Assembly: GCA_951406725.2 (NCBI GenBank)
Contig: OX597823.1
Coordinates: forward strand, 68,820,001-68,884,000
From: Octopus vulgaris
Taxonomy: Eukaryota
DNA: 64,000 nucleotides
Direction of reading: 5' to 3'
Below the pieces are notes generated by a model. That model was not told where the DNA came from. It ran no database searches and saw nothing but the letters and a program-made list of their open reading frames with translations. The position numbers were made by a program, and so were the translations under genes. This document shows positions 38,970 through 52,359 of this stretch, piece after piece (positions within the stretch are counted from its first letter, which is position 1; every line of letters begins with the position of its first letter).

Positions 38970-39430
38970 AAAGAGTAAGTGAGAGAGAGGAGGAGTGAGA
39001 TAGAAAGAGAGAAAGAGAGAAAGGGATAAAGTGATAGTGAGAGAGTGAGAGAGAGAAAAGAGAGAAAGGGATTAGAGAGTGAGAGAGAGTGAGAGAGACA
39101 AAGAATGAATGAGAGAGAAAGAGAGAGAGAAGGAGAGAGGGAGAAAGTGAGTGAGAGAGGCAGAGAGTGAAAGACAGAGTGATAATAAGAGAGAGTGAGA
39201 GCGGGAGAAAGACAGTAAGAGTGAGTGAAAGAGAGAGTGATAGAGAATGAGAGAGAGAAAGAATGAGAGAGAGAAAGAATGAGAGAGAAAGAGAGAGAGG
39301 GATAGAGAGTGATAGTGAAAGAGAGTGAGAGAGAAAAAAAAAAGAGAAAGAGATAGAGAGTGATAGTGGAAGTGAAAGAGAGAGAGAAAAATGAAAGAGA
39401 AAGAGGGATAGAGAGTGATAGTGAGAGAGA
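38970..39430. repeat. Degenerate (GA)n purine-rich low-complexity tract
   Basis: Directly visible. Confidence 0.9.
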
Positions 39431-39644
39431 TGGGGGCTGGAGTTGGGGATTCGTAGCCTACTTCTAAGTCAGCATGTATAAAAATATCATCATTGTTTAA
39501 CATCCGTTTTCCATGCTAGCATGGGTTGGACGGTTCGACTGGGATCTGGGAAGCTAGGAGGCTGCACCAGGCTTCAGTCTGATCTGGTAGTGTTTCTACA
39601 GCTGGATGCCCTTCCTAACGCCAACCACTCCGAAAAAGGAAGAG

Positions 39645-40055
39645 GAAAAACAAAACCAAGGCAAGATATGCTTATCAGATCATTTGACTTATTTTATGTA
39701 TAATAATGGTGAATCAAGAATAAGCAAAAATAAATAATAATGTTGTTAATAGTGTCTTACAGGAACAAGATGAAATATGAACCTTAAACTTCATACTTTT
39801 CTCTACATTGAATTTTCTATCTGCATCTCCACATATCAGCTTCCTACATATATACTTTGTCTCTGATGATGGAATACTCAGCAAATGGAAATGTGGATCA
39901 ACACATTGATCTGTTACCTGAGATATCCCAGAAACAACTGTAATACATTATTAACAATGTTATTATTTACTTTTGCTTACTTTGATTCACCATTACAATA
40001 ATTAAAATAATTCAAATGATCTGAAAAGGTTGTCCTGCATTGGTTTTGCTTTTTC
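39645..40055 (+). mobile_element. Small Penelope-like remnant with inverted terminal duplication
   Basis: Diverged inverted repeat ~39645-39762 vs ~39938-40055 enclosing a hammerhead motif. Confidence 0.6.
39859..39946 (+). ncRNA. Minimal type I hammerhead motif, partly decayed
   Basis: gtct CTGATGA tggaatactcag...ctgagatatccca GAAAC aact GTA atac. Intact core and long stem II, with single mismatches in stems I and II. Confidence 0.65.
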
Positions 40056-40332
40056 TATTCATTTATTTATATATGTATATATATGTATATATGTGTATGT
40101 GTATGTATGTGTATCTATCATCTACCTATCTATCTATCTATCTATGTGTACATATCATCATCATCATCATCATCATTGTTTAACATCCGCTTTCCATGCT
40201 AGCACAGGTTGGATGATTCGACTGAGGACTGGTGAACCAGATGGCTACACCAGGCTCCAATCTGAACTGGCAGAGTTTCTACAGCTGGATGCCCTTCCTA
40301 ACATCAGCCACTCTGAGAGTTAAGAAGGGCAT

Positions 40333-40420
<88 letters not shown>

Positions 40421-40600
40421 AATACACACCTCTATTGTATAAAGTTTGTAAAAGTTTTTAAGTTTCATCTCACTAAATTTATCCAGCTATTGTGTATCTA
40501 GTGCACTCTTCGCCTTGAATGTAATGATATATGTATAATATATGGCATGTACTGGTACACCGGCGATTATAATTAATTTTATTGTATCGCATTTATCTTT

Positions 40601-40685
<85 letters not shown>

Positions 40686-40695
40686 AATACACACC

Positions 40696-41976
40696 TCTAT
40701 TGTATAAAAATCAATGTATGTGCATTTGTGTGTTCATGTGTTACTTATAGACTCGAAAATTACTGGACTGATCCTAATGAAATTTGGAACACAAAATCCA
40801 AGCCTACAAATTTGGAAAATTCATATGCTTTGGATTTTGATGAAATTTTAACCATAGATATTAGACACAAATAAAATAATATTTCTAAAATTTCAACTTC
40901 TTAGGAGGTTAGTAAGACCTCTTAATGGGGGCTAAACCCCCACAATTTAGTCATTTTTCCCTAAGCCAAGGCGAATACAACTGTAGTCTTGGAAGCTGTA
41001 GAGTCACCCGAGGATACATGATGAGCATTATTTGTAATTCAATGATACAACAGTGTAAGAGTTTGCTTTGAGATATACTAAGATTGTGAATTCTGCAATG
41101 TGGTGCATAAATTGTGAAGTAAAGGAAAGGCATCTTTGCCTCCACTGATTCAGTTGCAAAGTGTTATTTTGAGTAAAGTTATTTGGTTGTAGATCTCCTT
41201 TGAGTTTTTTTATTATCACTGGGTCAGAGATAGTCTCCAGATGGTAACATTGATTTCAAGGCCTTTGGTCATTGAAAGAGATTTATAGATTGCTAATTTA
41301 TTCTGTTCAGTTACCTATTGGCATAGTCTTCATCAGCAAACTCCAAAGGCGACACTTTCATTTCCCCTTAGCCTCATGTTACACGGTTGTTAGTGTTTAT
41401 TTGAGTTGGGCCACACCCTTCCAATTGCTATAGATCCGTAATGCATCTTATAGCTGTGCCAATCACCTGTATATTGAGGAATCCTATATTGGGAGTGGTA
41501 ACGACTAGGATAGGGTAGCTCACTGTTTATTGTGATCATTCGTCTTTTGGTTTCCTCTAGCTTTGCTCTCTTTTACAAACTCAGTGGACATCCATATATT
41601 TCTGATTTCAAAGAAATTTGAGCAATATGAGACAAGTTAAAAAAGATTCCCAACAATTCAAGTTCTCTGATTGACTTTAAGACCCCCCTAATAGGGGCCT
41701 TAACTCCCACATTTTAGAGCTTCATGTGCTCCATTTTTCAGGTGCAAAAACCTTTGAATAGGTTTTATAGGATTTGGATTTTGGAATCTAGACATAAAGA
41801 TGAGTAGTATGGGATAAAAATATCATGATTAAAATTTTTATTAGGGTGTGTAAAGAGGGAAAGAACCCTATTACAATTCTTAATCTCTAATTCTGATTAA
41901 ATTCGAATCATAGGTATTCCAGTTCATTAGAGAAAATATAAAATGTGACATGGGCAATACTGGGTATCTCTGCTAG
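40696..41976 (+). mobile_element. Non-autonomous Helitron-like element
   Basis: 5' TCtattgtataaaa; 3' decayed hairpin catgggcaatactggg followed by CTAG|T; no TSD. Weak PIF1-helicase-like relics QLPIGIVF-ISKLQ (41308) and HLYIEESYIGS (~41464-41496). Confidence 0.6.
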
Positions 41977-42036
41977 TATATATATATATATATAAAAATA
42001 TAGTATATATATATATAGTATATATATATATATATA

Positions 42037-42124
<88 letters not shown>

Positions 42125-43730
42125 AAATACATCTTGTTAAAAGAAAAGTAGAATTGGTCATAGGTGGAGTATCATTGATTATAGGTGGACCAGGGCTAAT
42201 ACGGCTTAAACAACAATAACAATAACTGTAATGTTTGTCTTAATTTACAAGAGCAGGAACCCCCTTTAGCTGATATGAAGCCAGTACCATGCACATGAAT
42301 CCTGTGAAGAGAAACAGTAGCAACAGTCAAATCTGTGCTCACTGTGAGGTAATTATTATTTTTTTTGTTTGTTTTCAACTGCTTATAAAATAGTCTTCTT
42401 TTCTTAGATACCAGAATACTTGAAAACATTTGGCTTGAATAAGACACACAACAATGGTGTTTAGATGAGAAAGTTTATGATGAGAAGAAGCATCTACGAG
42501 AGTCTTCATTGTTTAGATATGTTTTATACTACATGAGCAAAGAAAGATGATTGTTTATAGATGGTTTTTAATTTACTTTGTCGAATGCTTAATAGATTTA
42601 TTAGGGTCCTTAGAATGTCAAAAATTAAAATTTTTATGGATCATTAATTTTTTCTCCTCTTCACAAATTACTTTTTCATTTTTGTAGATGCTTGAGTAAT
42701 TCTTCAGCATAGCTTTACATGGATTATCAATCTCAGCAGCAAATTATTCATTTTTAGTCTTAAAACTGACAAAAGTGCTTTCAACACCATCATAATTCTT
42801 AGTTTAGGTTTGGTGAATATTAATTCTAGAAAAACACTCTTTAAACTTTTAATGACATAGTTTGAGAAAATGGTAATCTTGACATACCAGCTGCATTTTT
42901 ATGTGTTGCTAGTTTACACCAAAATTTTGTTCAGGTCATAATGGTTTTCCACTCAAAACATTAGCAGTTTGCATTGCTGGTTCTCTATTTCCCCAGTTTT
43001 AGATTAATCAACCAAAACTAAAAGAAGAGTTGCAAAAGATGGTTGAATGACTTAAACAAATTCTTGACGAAAATTTTTGAAATCTTTTGAGTTGTTTCAA
43101 TATTTCTAGGTACACAGTTCAAGAATTCTTTGTGCACATGTCTCAAAAATGCTTAGGCAAAATTTGTTTTAACTAATCAAAAAGGTTAGAAAATTTACAG
43201 TGAAAGTCAATTTTTTCACAAGTTTCTTATTGTAATTCAGTACCTAAATTCATTTCATGACACATACTCTGAGAACGCAAACTTCTTCACATAGCGAGTG
43301 CAAAACTTCATGGTTAATCTAATATAGGCCTACTACAATGATCTTCGTTTTTTTTTTTTTTTCCAGAACAGAAAATTGCTTTTGAGATTCAATTAACATA
43401 AATTTTCTAAATGCATATTGAGTATACAGCATGTAATTCCCTTGCAAAATAATTGTTGCAAGATGTCATTAAAAAATATATATATAATTTCACAAAGTTA
43501 CTTCTCACTAAGCATCTTGTAGTTAAAAGAAGAACTGAATACACTGGTTCATCACTATCATTGACTAATTTATAAATTTCGATGTAAAGTGAAGACTAAT
43601 TCAGTCCTTACAACCCCACTAAGGGAAGCCTTTGCATAGTCAATCAGCATGTTAGAAATAATGGCCAAATAATACCTCTCAATTCACCTAAGTACCTTTC
43701 AATTCGCATCCTGCCATGTTAAACAAACAG

Positions 43731-44337
43731 CAGGGCTGTCGCTAAGCCCCTGCAACTGCAGGGGTTACAGGGAGCCTCAGCAGTTGAGGGGCCCCATGTT
43801 AAGATCAAAGAATGTAGATGAGTCATCTATTTACCTTGGTTAAGATGTTGAACAATAATTAAACTATCTATGTTAACTGAAATTTCCAAGAAATAAAATG
43901 GTAATACATTGTACCTGCAAAAATTCTTATAAAAATATTACATTCTACCTCGAATGTGTACCAGACTTTGTGAATTGTCAACGATATCTATTGAACATGA
44001 ATTTAACTCTCAACTTGACTATTCTGAACTGATTGATGATTTCACGAAGCAAAAAGTGCACTGTATTTGTCCTTGAACGTTACCTGGATTATAAAAGTGC
44101 TCTTTTATTCATATTTGGAAGTTTTACTTATTGAAATTTGTAATAGACCTAAGTAAATTTAACTTGCTTTACTTTTAAAGACGTTGTTTAGGATAACGTG
44201 AAAGACTGAACTTCAGATAGAATAAAGTAAAATATAGGTTTGAATAAAAGGTGCGTAGATTACGAATTTTGATTGACGGGATGGGGCCCACAAAGCAAAA
44301 TTTGCTGGGGGCCTCTAACAGCCGCATGGTGGAGCTG
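43731..44337 (+). mobile_element. hAT (Tip100/ZMYM1-like) deletion derivative
   Basis: CAG...CTG ends, 8-bp TSD acaaacag / acaaagag, ggggccc subterminal motifs, and a transposase C-terminus RLCELSTISIEHE...DYSELIDDFTKQK (~43950-44062). Confidence 0.8.
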
Positions 44338-46353
44338 ACAAAGAGTGATACATTGAAAATATTAGGTAGCCTTCACTATCATAGAGACTGTATTAGCAAT
44401 AATTCATTAATAATTACTTGTCACAGCACTATCTATGGCAATAGTGTAACAGGTGATGAAACCTATCTCAAATTGCTACAGCAGTACTACCTATCAGTGT
44501 TTTTCACCTGGGTTCAATCATTCTCTGATATGTGCAAAATTTATTACAATATGTTATTTATTAATTATTTATAAGGATAAAAATATTTTGGATTTACAAT
44601 TAATTTTAAACGATACTGAAATTTCATATTGAATTTATCTTACTTTTACTGTTAATCTTTTACTTGTTTTAGTCATAGGACTATAGCCATGTTGGGGTAC
44701 CATCTTGAAGGGTTTGGTAAAGCAAATCAGCCCCAGTACCCAGTATATATGTTTCAAGTGTATAGATGGGTGAACTGAAGAGTTTTGCTCAAGAACACAA
44801 TGAACCACTGGTCTAGGAATTGAAATCCTGATATTACAATCATGAGTGAAACACCCAAACCACTATGCCATGTACATTTAGAATAGTTATATATGGTCAG
44901 AAATTTTAGTGATTTTGCTCAACCAATTAGTTCAATTTTTATAAGTAGTTTATAAGTATGTTGTGGGTTTGAACCTGAAACTACATAGTTCCAAAGGAAA
45001 CTTCTTAACCGTACAACCGCGTATATGTAAATATGTATATATATATGTGTGTATTCTTTTATTCTGTTATATGTTTCAGTCCAATGACTGTGGCCATAAG
45101 TATAAATGTATACACATGCACACACATATGTACACAGGCACACACACACACATCCATAGCTGTACAAATATGTATGTTTGTGTATGTGGTAGATCAGTAT
45201 ATTTTAGCAATTACTCTAGTCATTCATCCAACACAAACAACATATTGTCAAGCTGCTCAAGCAGTAAGATTTCTAATATGATTTTCCTTGAACATAAATG
45301 TAGACACACACATACACACACACACACACAAACACACACACACTCATACATTCACCTTCTCCCTACCAAATTCTAAATCATAAATGATATAGACATTTAA
45401 ATGATTTTGTGCAATAATGTGTCAAATGACTTTTTTTTACTATGAGTGAAATAACTTCCTAAAGTTCGACATTTGCTGTCACATTTGGCAGTATCACAAA
45501 GAGTAAATCATCTCGTTTAAATCTTGAGGATACCGATCTATTTTCATAAAATTCCTGATACATCATACTTACAGATAGGAATATCATGGGTAGTTTTTTT
45601 TTCTCTTTCACTTGTTTGTGTCATTATATATCCATATTTCCACTCCATTTTACAAAAGCTGAGTGTTTATGCAACTCTTTTTCTACTTCAGTTAGTTGTT
45701 TGCATTTATGTAAATGGCTTTAAAAACGTGACTGTGAAGCGCATAAATGTTTGTTTCTGTGAAAAAGTGATTGGGAAAGAGTGAAAGAGAGGAAGAGAGA
45801 AAGAGAGAGAGAGAGAGAACTACATGTGAGATCAGATAAGGTGAGAGAGGCTAGAACAAAAACACTGTGAAAAAAGAGTGAAATGATGAGCTGAAGCAAG
45901 TACATGAAAGGGTAGGTGAGCAGCAGTAAATATGAGAGACAGTGGAAAAGAGTTGTCTTGCCAAAAAGTATAAGGAAGATTATAGAAACTGCAAGAAAAA
46001 AATAATAGTAATTTCTTACATGGATATAAATGCAGAAATTTGATGGAATGGAACGAGTTGATTGTATCACCTTCAGTATTTGACTAACACTTTATTTTAT
46101 CAACCTCAGTTTGTGACAGGTAATTGATTTTATAAGTCTCAGTATTTGACTGGCATTCTTTTTCAGCAACCTCCAAGAGGTGGAAAGTAAAGTTGGCCTC
46201 AACAGAAGTTGAACTCAAGGTGCTGAAAAATAATAATGCTTGGGTAAAAGTCAATTTAGAAAAAGAGAATGAGAGCAGTGTGAAAGAAGCATTATTGAAA
46301 AGTATAGTGCAAAAGACTGAGGAGATATTAACAAAGACATAGATATTAACATA

Positions 46354-46761
46354 AGCATAGGAGTGGCTGTGTGGTAAGTAGCTTGATTATGAACCACATG
46401 GCTCCGGGTTCAGTCTAACTGTATGGCACTTTGGGCAAGTGTCTTCTACTATAGCCTTGGGCCAACCAAAGCCTTGTGAGTGGATTTGATAGATGGAAAC
46501 TGAAAGAAGCCCCTCATATATATGTATATATATGTATGTGTGTGTATATGTTTGTGTGTCTGCGTTTGTACCCCCCACCTTCTACTTGATAACCGATGCT
46601 GGTGTGTTTATGTCCCTGTAACTTAGCGGTTTGGCAAAAGAGACCGATAGAATAAGTACTAGGCTTACAAAGAATAAGTTCTGGGGCCGATTTGCTCGAC
46701 TAAAGGCGGTGCTCCAGCATGGCCGCAGTCAAATGACTGAAACAAGTAAAAGAGTAAAGAG
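46354..46761 (+). repeat. Full-length SINE family B copy
   Basis: Colinear with 19415-19830. Confidence 0.88.
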
Positions 46762-47056
46762 AAAGAAAAAGAGGTAGGAACTAAAAGAAAGCAAAAGAAA
46801 AAGGACAATATGGGAGGTAATCCTATAAGTCTGTTCTCTTCTCATATATAAATTAACTTTTTCTCACATCCTGCTTTGTTTTTACTATTTCTCAACGCTG
46901 ACTATCATTACTAATTTTCTTGGATTCTACTTTTCACTTTGAATAATTATTTATTTTGATCTAGATAGAAGATCTAAAAATTTGAAAAAATACCTGTCTG
47001 CAATGTACTATTTGTGAAACAAGTGCTCTGATGTAACCCTTAATTCATAATATTTA

Positions 47057-47286
47057 TTAACCTTTTCACATTTAAACCACCTATATCTGGTTCAATTATT
47101 CTACTTGTTTTATGTACAAACCAACCAAAATCTGGCCTCTGACACCTACCCTACAATATCATTCTGAAAATATACAAACACATCAACAAAATTTTAAAGC
47201 TATGAAATATTGTATGATTAATCTCTAAGCAATATTAATAAATAAGTATTACATTTGACAGAGTAATCTGAATACTAAATGCTGAA
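47057..47286. mobile_element. Possible piggyBac-type MITE
   Basis: Starts TTAA|ccttttcacattta and ends in a degenerate complement, tgaatactaaatgc|tgaa. The right end is poorly preserved. Confidence 0.4.
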
Positions 47287-50200
47287 GATATAACATTTCT
47301 AAAACAACTCAATTTATGTTTTCAGTTGTGATAAAAGTGATGGCATTAGGAATGGTTTTAGGCTTCAATTCTAGACATTTCAAGGGTTGAGTTCAGCTGG
47401 ATTTTGTAACAGCAGAGAGGACATGTTCATGGTACATCCTGGCAGTAAATTCACTAAAGAGTATTTTATGTGAAAAGTCTCTCTTCTTTTATTTTAACCT
47501 CATATGATGACTATTGTAGCTGGTGTCTCATGATGTTGGACTTCATGTTTTAGCTGTTGGCATTTTCTAGAACGGCATTGCTGGTGATGTAGTCCTCTCA
47601 CTTGCTGATTAAAGTGGCATGGACGTTTTGCTAGTGGAAAGCCTCCAGTGTTTTGATCAAAATTAATTGTATCTAAATTAACTGTAGGAATAAGGAGGTG
47701 AGGGTGATAGAGAGAGAAAGATATGAGAGTGTAAAAAGATGATAGGGTAAAGAGTAAAGAAGTGTCTGATAGAAGGAATGGGGGCTGATGGGTGATAGAG
47801 AGAGAGAGGTATGAGAATGTAAAGAGTAAAGGAGTGTCAGGTATGTAGTGATAGAGCATAAGTGAGGGGCAGAGAGAGGGAGTAGGGATAGTAAAATGGT
47901 GGAATGAAGAATTTGGGAATATAAGTCAGGTTAGTTAGAAGACAGGCCAGTGCTTAGTAGCAGAAGAATATATATATATGAAGATGTATATACATGCATA
48001 TATTAAACATGTATATAGATATTTATACATATCAACACTTACACATACAACACGTACTCCAATGTATATGTACATATATACACCCATACATACATACACA
48101 CACACACACATACATACACACATATATGTATGCACACATATACACATGAATATAATTAAATGGTTGTCATATTCGAGTATGAAAGAGGAATTAGATAGGG
48201 ATTAGGAGTTAAATGGACCAAGATAGAGTATAGGGTATATTTGTATTTTTGAGATGATGTATGTGGTTGGCGATGTATGTGGTTGGTGATGTATGTGGAG
48301 CTTCTGTTCACAAAGTTACAGATTTGTTTATGTACACACCCACACACACACACACACACGCGCGCACGCATGCACATACACACACACAGTCACACACATA
48401 TATCATAGCATAACAACCTGTTTTATGCTCTTTCCATAGATTTCATTTCCTCATAACTTTCTTAATAATGCATACTCTGTGATAAAATTTTACAGAGGTA
48501 TATTTTCAAGGTAGTGGATGAAATTAAGAAAGTGTGATTTATTTATTTGTTCATTTACTTTTTGTACAGAAAAAAAAATAGAAGGACATGTCCCTTTTAA
48601 CAATTCAACAACTTGCATACAATCATTTCATAAAAGAAGAAAAAAAGGACCTATGACATTGTTTTAATTGATATTATTTCTAATTTGAAATTGGAAGGAA
48701 TGTTTCTTCTGAGGTATATTTAGCTTTGCAACAATACAAACCAAAAGCATTCAAATTACAATTTGTAAACTCAGCAGACATTGAAGTTCCTTTATGCTTG
48801 TCAGTGAAGGTGTGTAGCCTTATGATTAGGGTGTTAGGACTGAATCATCAGGTCATTGGTTCAATTTACAGTCCACATAGTATGTTGGGTTCTTGATCAA
48901 GGCACTTCCTTTCCCATTGCTTAAGTCTACTCAGCTTGAATGAATACCAGCTAAATGTATGTACAAATCTCTCACTCTCCAGTTGTCACATCTTATTATC
49001 AACTAAGTCAAGGTTGAGAGTACTATGAGGTTGCTTGTCTGCTCATGATTACATAGGTACCTGAAGCAATCAGCTAAAGTATGGTACATATCTTACTCAT
49101 TAGTGACAACTGACTTCATAATAATGATTCATCTATGTAACCACTGATAAAATAATTTCCTCTTTAGCAAAGTATCGTAATTTTTTTCCTGTTCAGTTAG
49201 GTGTACTTTGCATATAACAACAGCATGTGCCATCTCCGTTTCACTTCTGTTCAATTATTCCCTTTTTTTATTTTTTTGTTTTATTATTTAATTATATTAC
49301 ATGTGAAACATAAAAATTGAAATTTACTCATTTCATTTGTCTCTTTCTTCACCTTTCTTGGTAATCTATAATTTTAATTTGATTTTCGATATTATTAACA
49401 TTAATTGCTGAAGCCATTCATACGTTAAAAATTATTAATTACTTCCACATCCTACATGCCAGTAATTTTTATTTTGTAAAGTTGTTAATTTATATTCAAT
49501 TCTTTAATTAACTGCTAATTAGAACAAGATGAAATTTTAGGGCTTTAAGCAGTATCAGTTACAATGTTTAAAGTCTGATAAAGTTATGACTTAAGGGCCA
49601 AAAGACCAATAGTTTAAACAGGTTTTTACAATTTCACTCACAATCTTTCTGGTTAAAAAATCACCCAAGTTTAAAAGGCTGAGTAAAAATATCACACATC
49701 TGAAAAAAGAAAACATTTTTACTAAACTGAGTCTAAGTATTAACTTAAGTATCCTGGTTTAAGGATATTCACTCCTTTCCCATTCATTATACTCCAAAGG
49801 GCAATGTTACAACTTCATATTTTGTTTCCTGAAAGGAATGGAATTTTCTGCCTAGATACTTATATCTGAATCAAAAAACGTATTTTTTGTTCAAAAATAT
49901 GCCTTAAACCAATTAGTAAAAGCTAGCTCAAAAGTGTTTGCTTAAGAATTTCATTATTTACTTCCGAATTGTGCATGAATTTATTAGAAATTTTTCCTTT
50001 TTCTAAGTGATTTGAAATGCATAAATCTTGTTATATATCAAACCTCAAGTTGTACATGAAAGTCAACAACTTTTAAGATGCCAGAATATTATATTTGGTA
50101 AGATATGGAATAATGTATCAGGGGACATTAATTAAATATTTCAAATAACCGAGTCATTTGAAACGTATAAATAGAATTTTTTTCATTTTTCAAAGTTGAA

Positions 50201-51099
50201 GCTGAACCTAAAAGCCAATAATTTTTAGGATGCTAAATATTACATTTAGTATAAGATACAGAATTTTGTTTCAGGGGACATAAATTAAATATTATTTTCA
50301 AAGTTTAAATTTTCTTTTATTATAAAACTTCTGACATTCAGGAAGAGGATAGGGAAATATCACATCGGCTATGCAAATGGAACCAAACTAAAAGCTAAAT
50401 GTTTAAACTATTTGAAGTTTTCATTCCCTTTTGATAATTTCCTCTATAAATTTATGAACATAATTATTAAATCATCAAAGAATAATGTTGAAAACTGAAT
50501 TCTGTTTGGAGACATTAACTTCAAAATTATTATATGTGTAAACTACGTTGATTCCAAAATAATTCTCTATTTGACATTCAAAATATTCAAAAGTTATTGA
50601 TTTCTAACATTTGAGCAAGGCTACATTTTGGGGGAATATATTTTTTAAAAAAGGAGTCCTCTGTTTGATTAGTATTTTAACCTTGAAAGGAGAAAAGGCT
50701 AAATTGATCTTTATAGAATTTGTAAAGTAAATGATTGGATTGTGGATTCAGGAAAAGTTTGAATGTCACACACTCTCAGTTTACGACTCATTATAATTAT
50801 ATAAGAATAAAACAACCAGTTTCTGTAATGATGATAATAATAATAATTTTGGCACATGGCCTGCAATTTTAGGTGTAAAGTGGGGTGGGTTGATTACATC
50901 AGTTCCAATGCTTTATTTAATTGACTCTTGAAAGACGAAAAGTAAAGTTGACCCTGGTGGGATTTGAACTCAGAACATAAAAAGCCAGAAGAAATGTTGC
51001 CACACATTTTTTCTAATGTGTAAACAATTCTGCCATCTCACCACCTAAATAAATAATAATAATAATAATAATGATGATGATGATGATGATGATGATGAT

Positions 51100-51990
51100 C
51101 TAAAACTAGAACAACAACAGATCATGATAAAACGATGGCAAGAAAAGCCCCTTCATGGCAAATACTGGACTAAACTAAATGCAAAAGAAATAGACAAAGA
51201 AAAATCCCAGCAATGGTTGAGAAGCTCAGGACTCAAAGCAGAGATAGAGGGATTTTTAATTGCAGCACAAGACCAAAGCCTCCCCACCAGAAATTACCAA
51301 AAACATGTAATGAAAAGAAATATAACAAATAACTGCAGAATATGTGGAGATGGACAAGAAACAATAAATCATATTATCTCTGGCTTCCCAGTCCTGGCTA
51401 AGAAGGAATATATTCACAGACACGACAGAGTTGGGACCTACATACACTGGAAGCTATGCCAACATTATGGAATAACAACAGAAAAATGATGGTACAGGCA
51501 CACACCAGAAAAGGTCACAGAAAACGAGAAAGCAACCATACTCTGGGATATGCCAATACACACAGATAGAGAAATTAAGGCCAACAGACTAGATATAGTT
51601 GTCAGAGATCATGAAGAAAAAATGCTTTCTAATTGATGTATCAATACCAGCAGATGACAACATGTCTCTAAAAGAAATGGAGAAACTTTCAAAATACAAA
51701 GACCAGGAAATAGAGGTAACTAGAATGTGGAATCTAAAAACAGAAACAATTCCTATCATAGTAGGTGATAAAAAAATATTCAGACAAATACATAACTAAA
51801 ACATCAGGACTTACAAACACATATAACATACAGAAAATTGCACTACTAGGCACTGCACACATCCTATGCAGAACACTTTCAATACAGTAACCATCAGAGC
51901 ATCACAGCAAACCACAGCACATACCCAAGGCACACAGATCTGTGCTCGGTAGTGAAGTGAAAGCATGCTATAAAAATAAAACTACTGAAT
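51100..51990 (+). mobile_element. R4/Dong LINE 3' fragment in an (AAT)n tract
   Basis: EGFLIAAQDQ, CRICGDGQETINHIISG, YIHRHDRV, ILWDMPIHTDREIKANRLDIV, IDVSIPADDN...KEMEKLSKY; ends in (AAT)n. Confidence 0.92.
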
Positions 51991-52054
51991 AATAATAATA
52001 ATAATAATAACAATGATAATAATAATAATAATAATGATAATAATAATAATAATA

Positions 52055-52352
52055 GAGAAATTTTCAAAGACCAGGAAATAGAGGTAACTCAAATGTGGAG
52101 TCTAAAAACAGAAACAATTCCTATCATAGTGGGCACATTAGGTATGATAAAAAAATATTCAGACAAATACATAACAAAAACACCAGAGAAAATAGCACTA
52201 CTAGGAACTGCATACAGCCAACGTAAAACACTTTTAATATAGTGAAAATACGAGCATCATAACAAACCACAGCACATACCCAAGGCACACATAGCTGTGC
52301 TCAGCAATGCAGTGAAAACACATGAAGAAAATAAGACTACTGAATAATAATA
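52055..52352 (+). mobile_element. Second, shorter 3' fragment of the same R4/Dong family
   Basis: Diverged repeat of ~51680-51990 including the 3' UTR; preceded and followed by (AAT)n. Confidence 0.85.
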
Positions 52353-52359
52353 CTATAAG

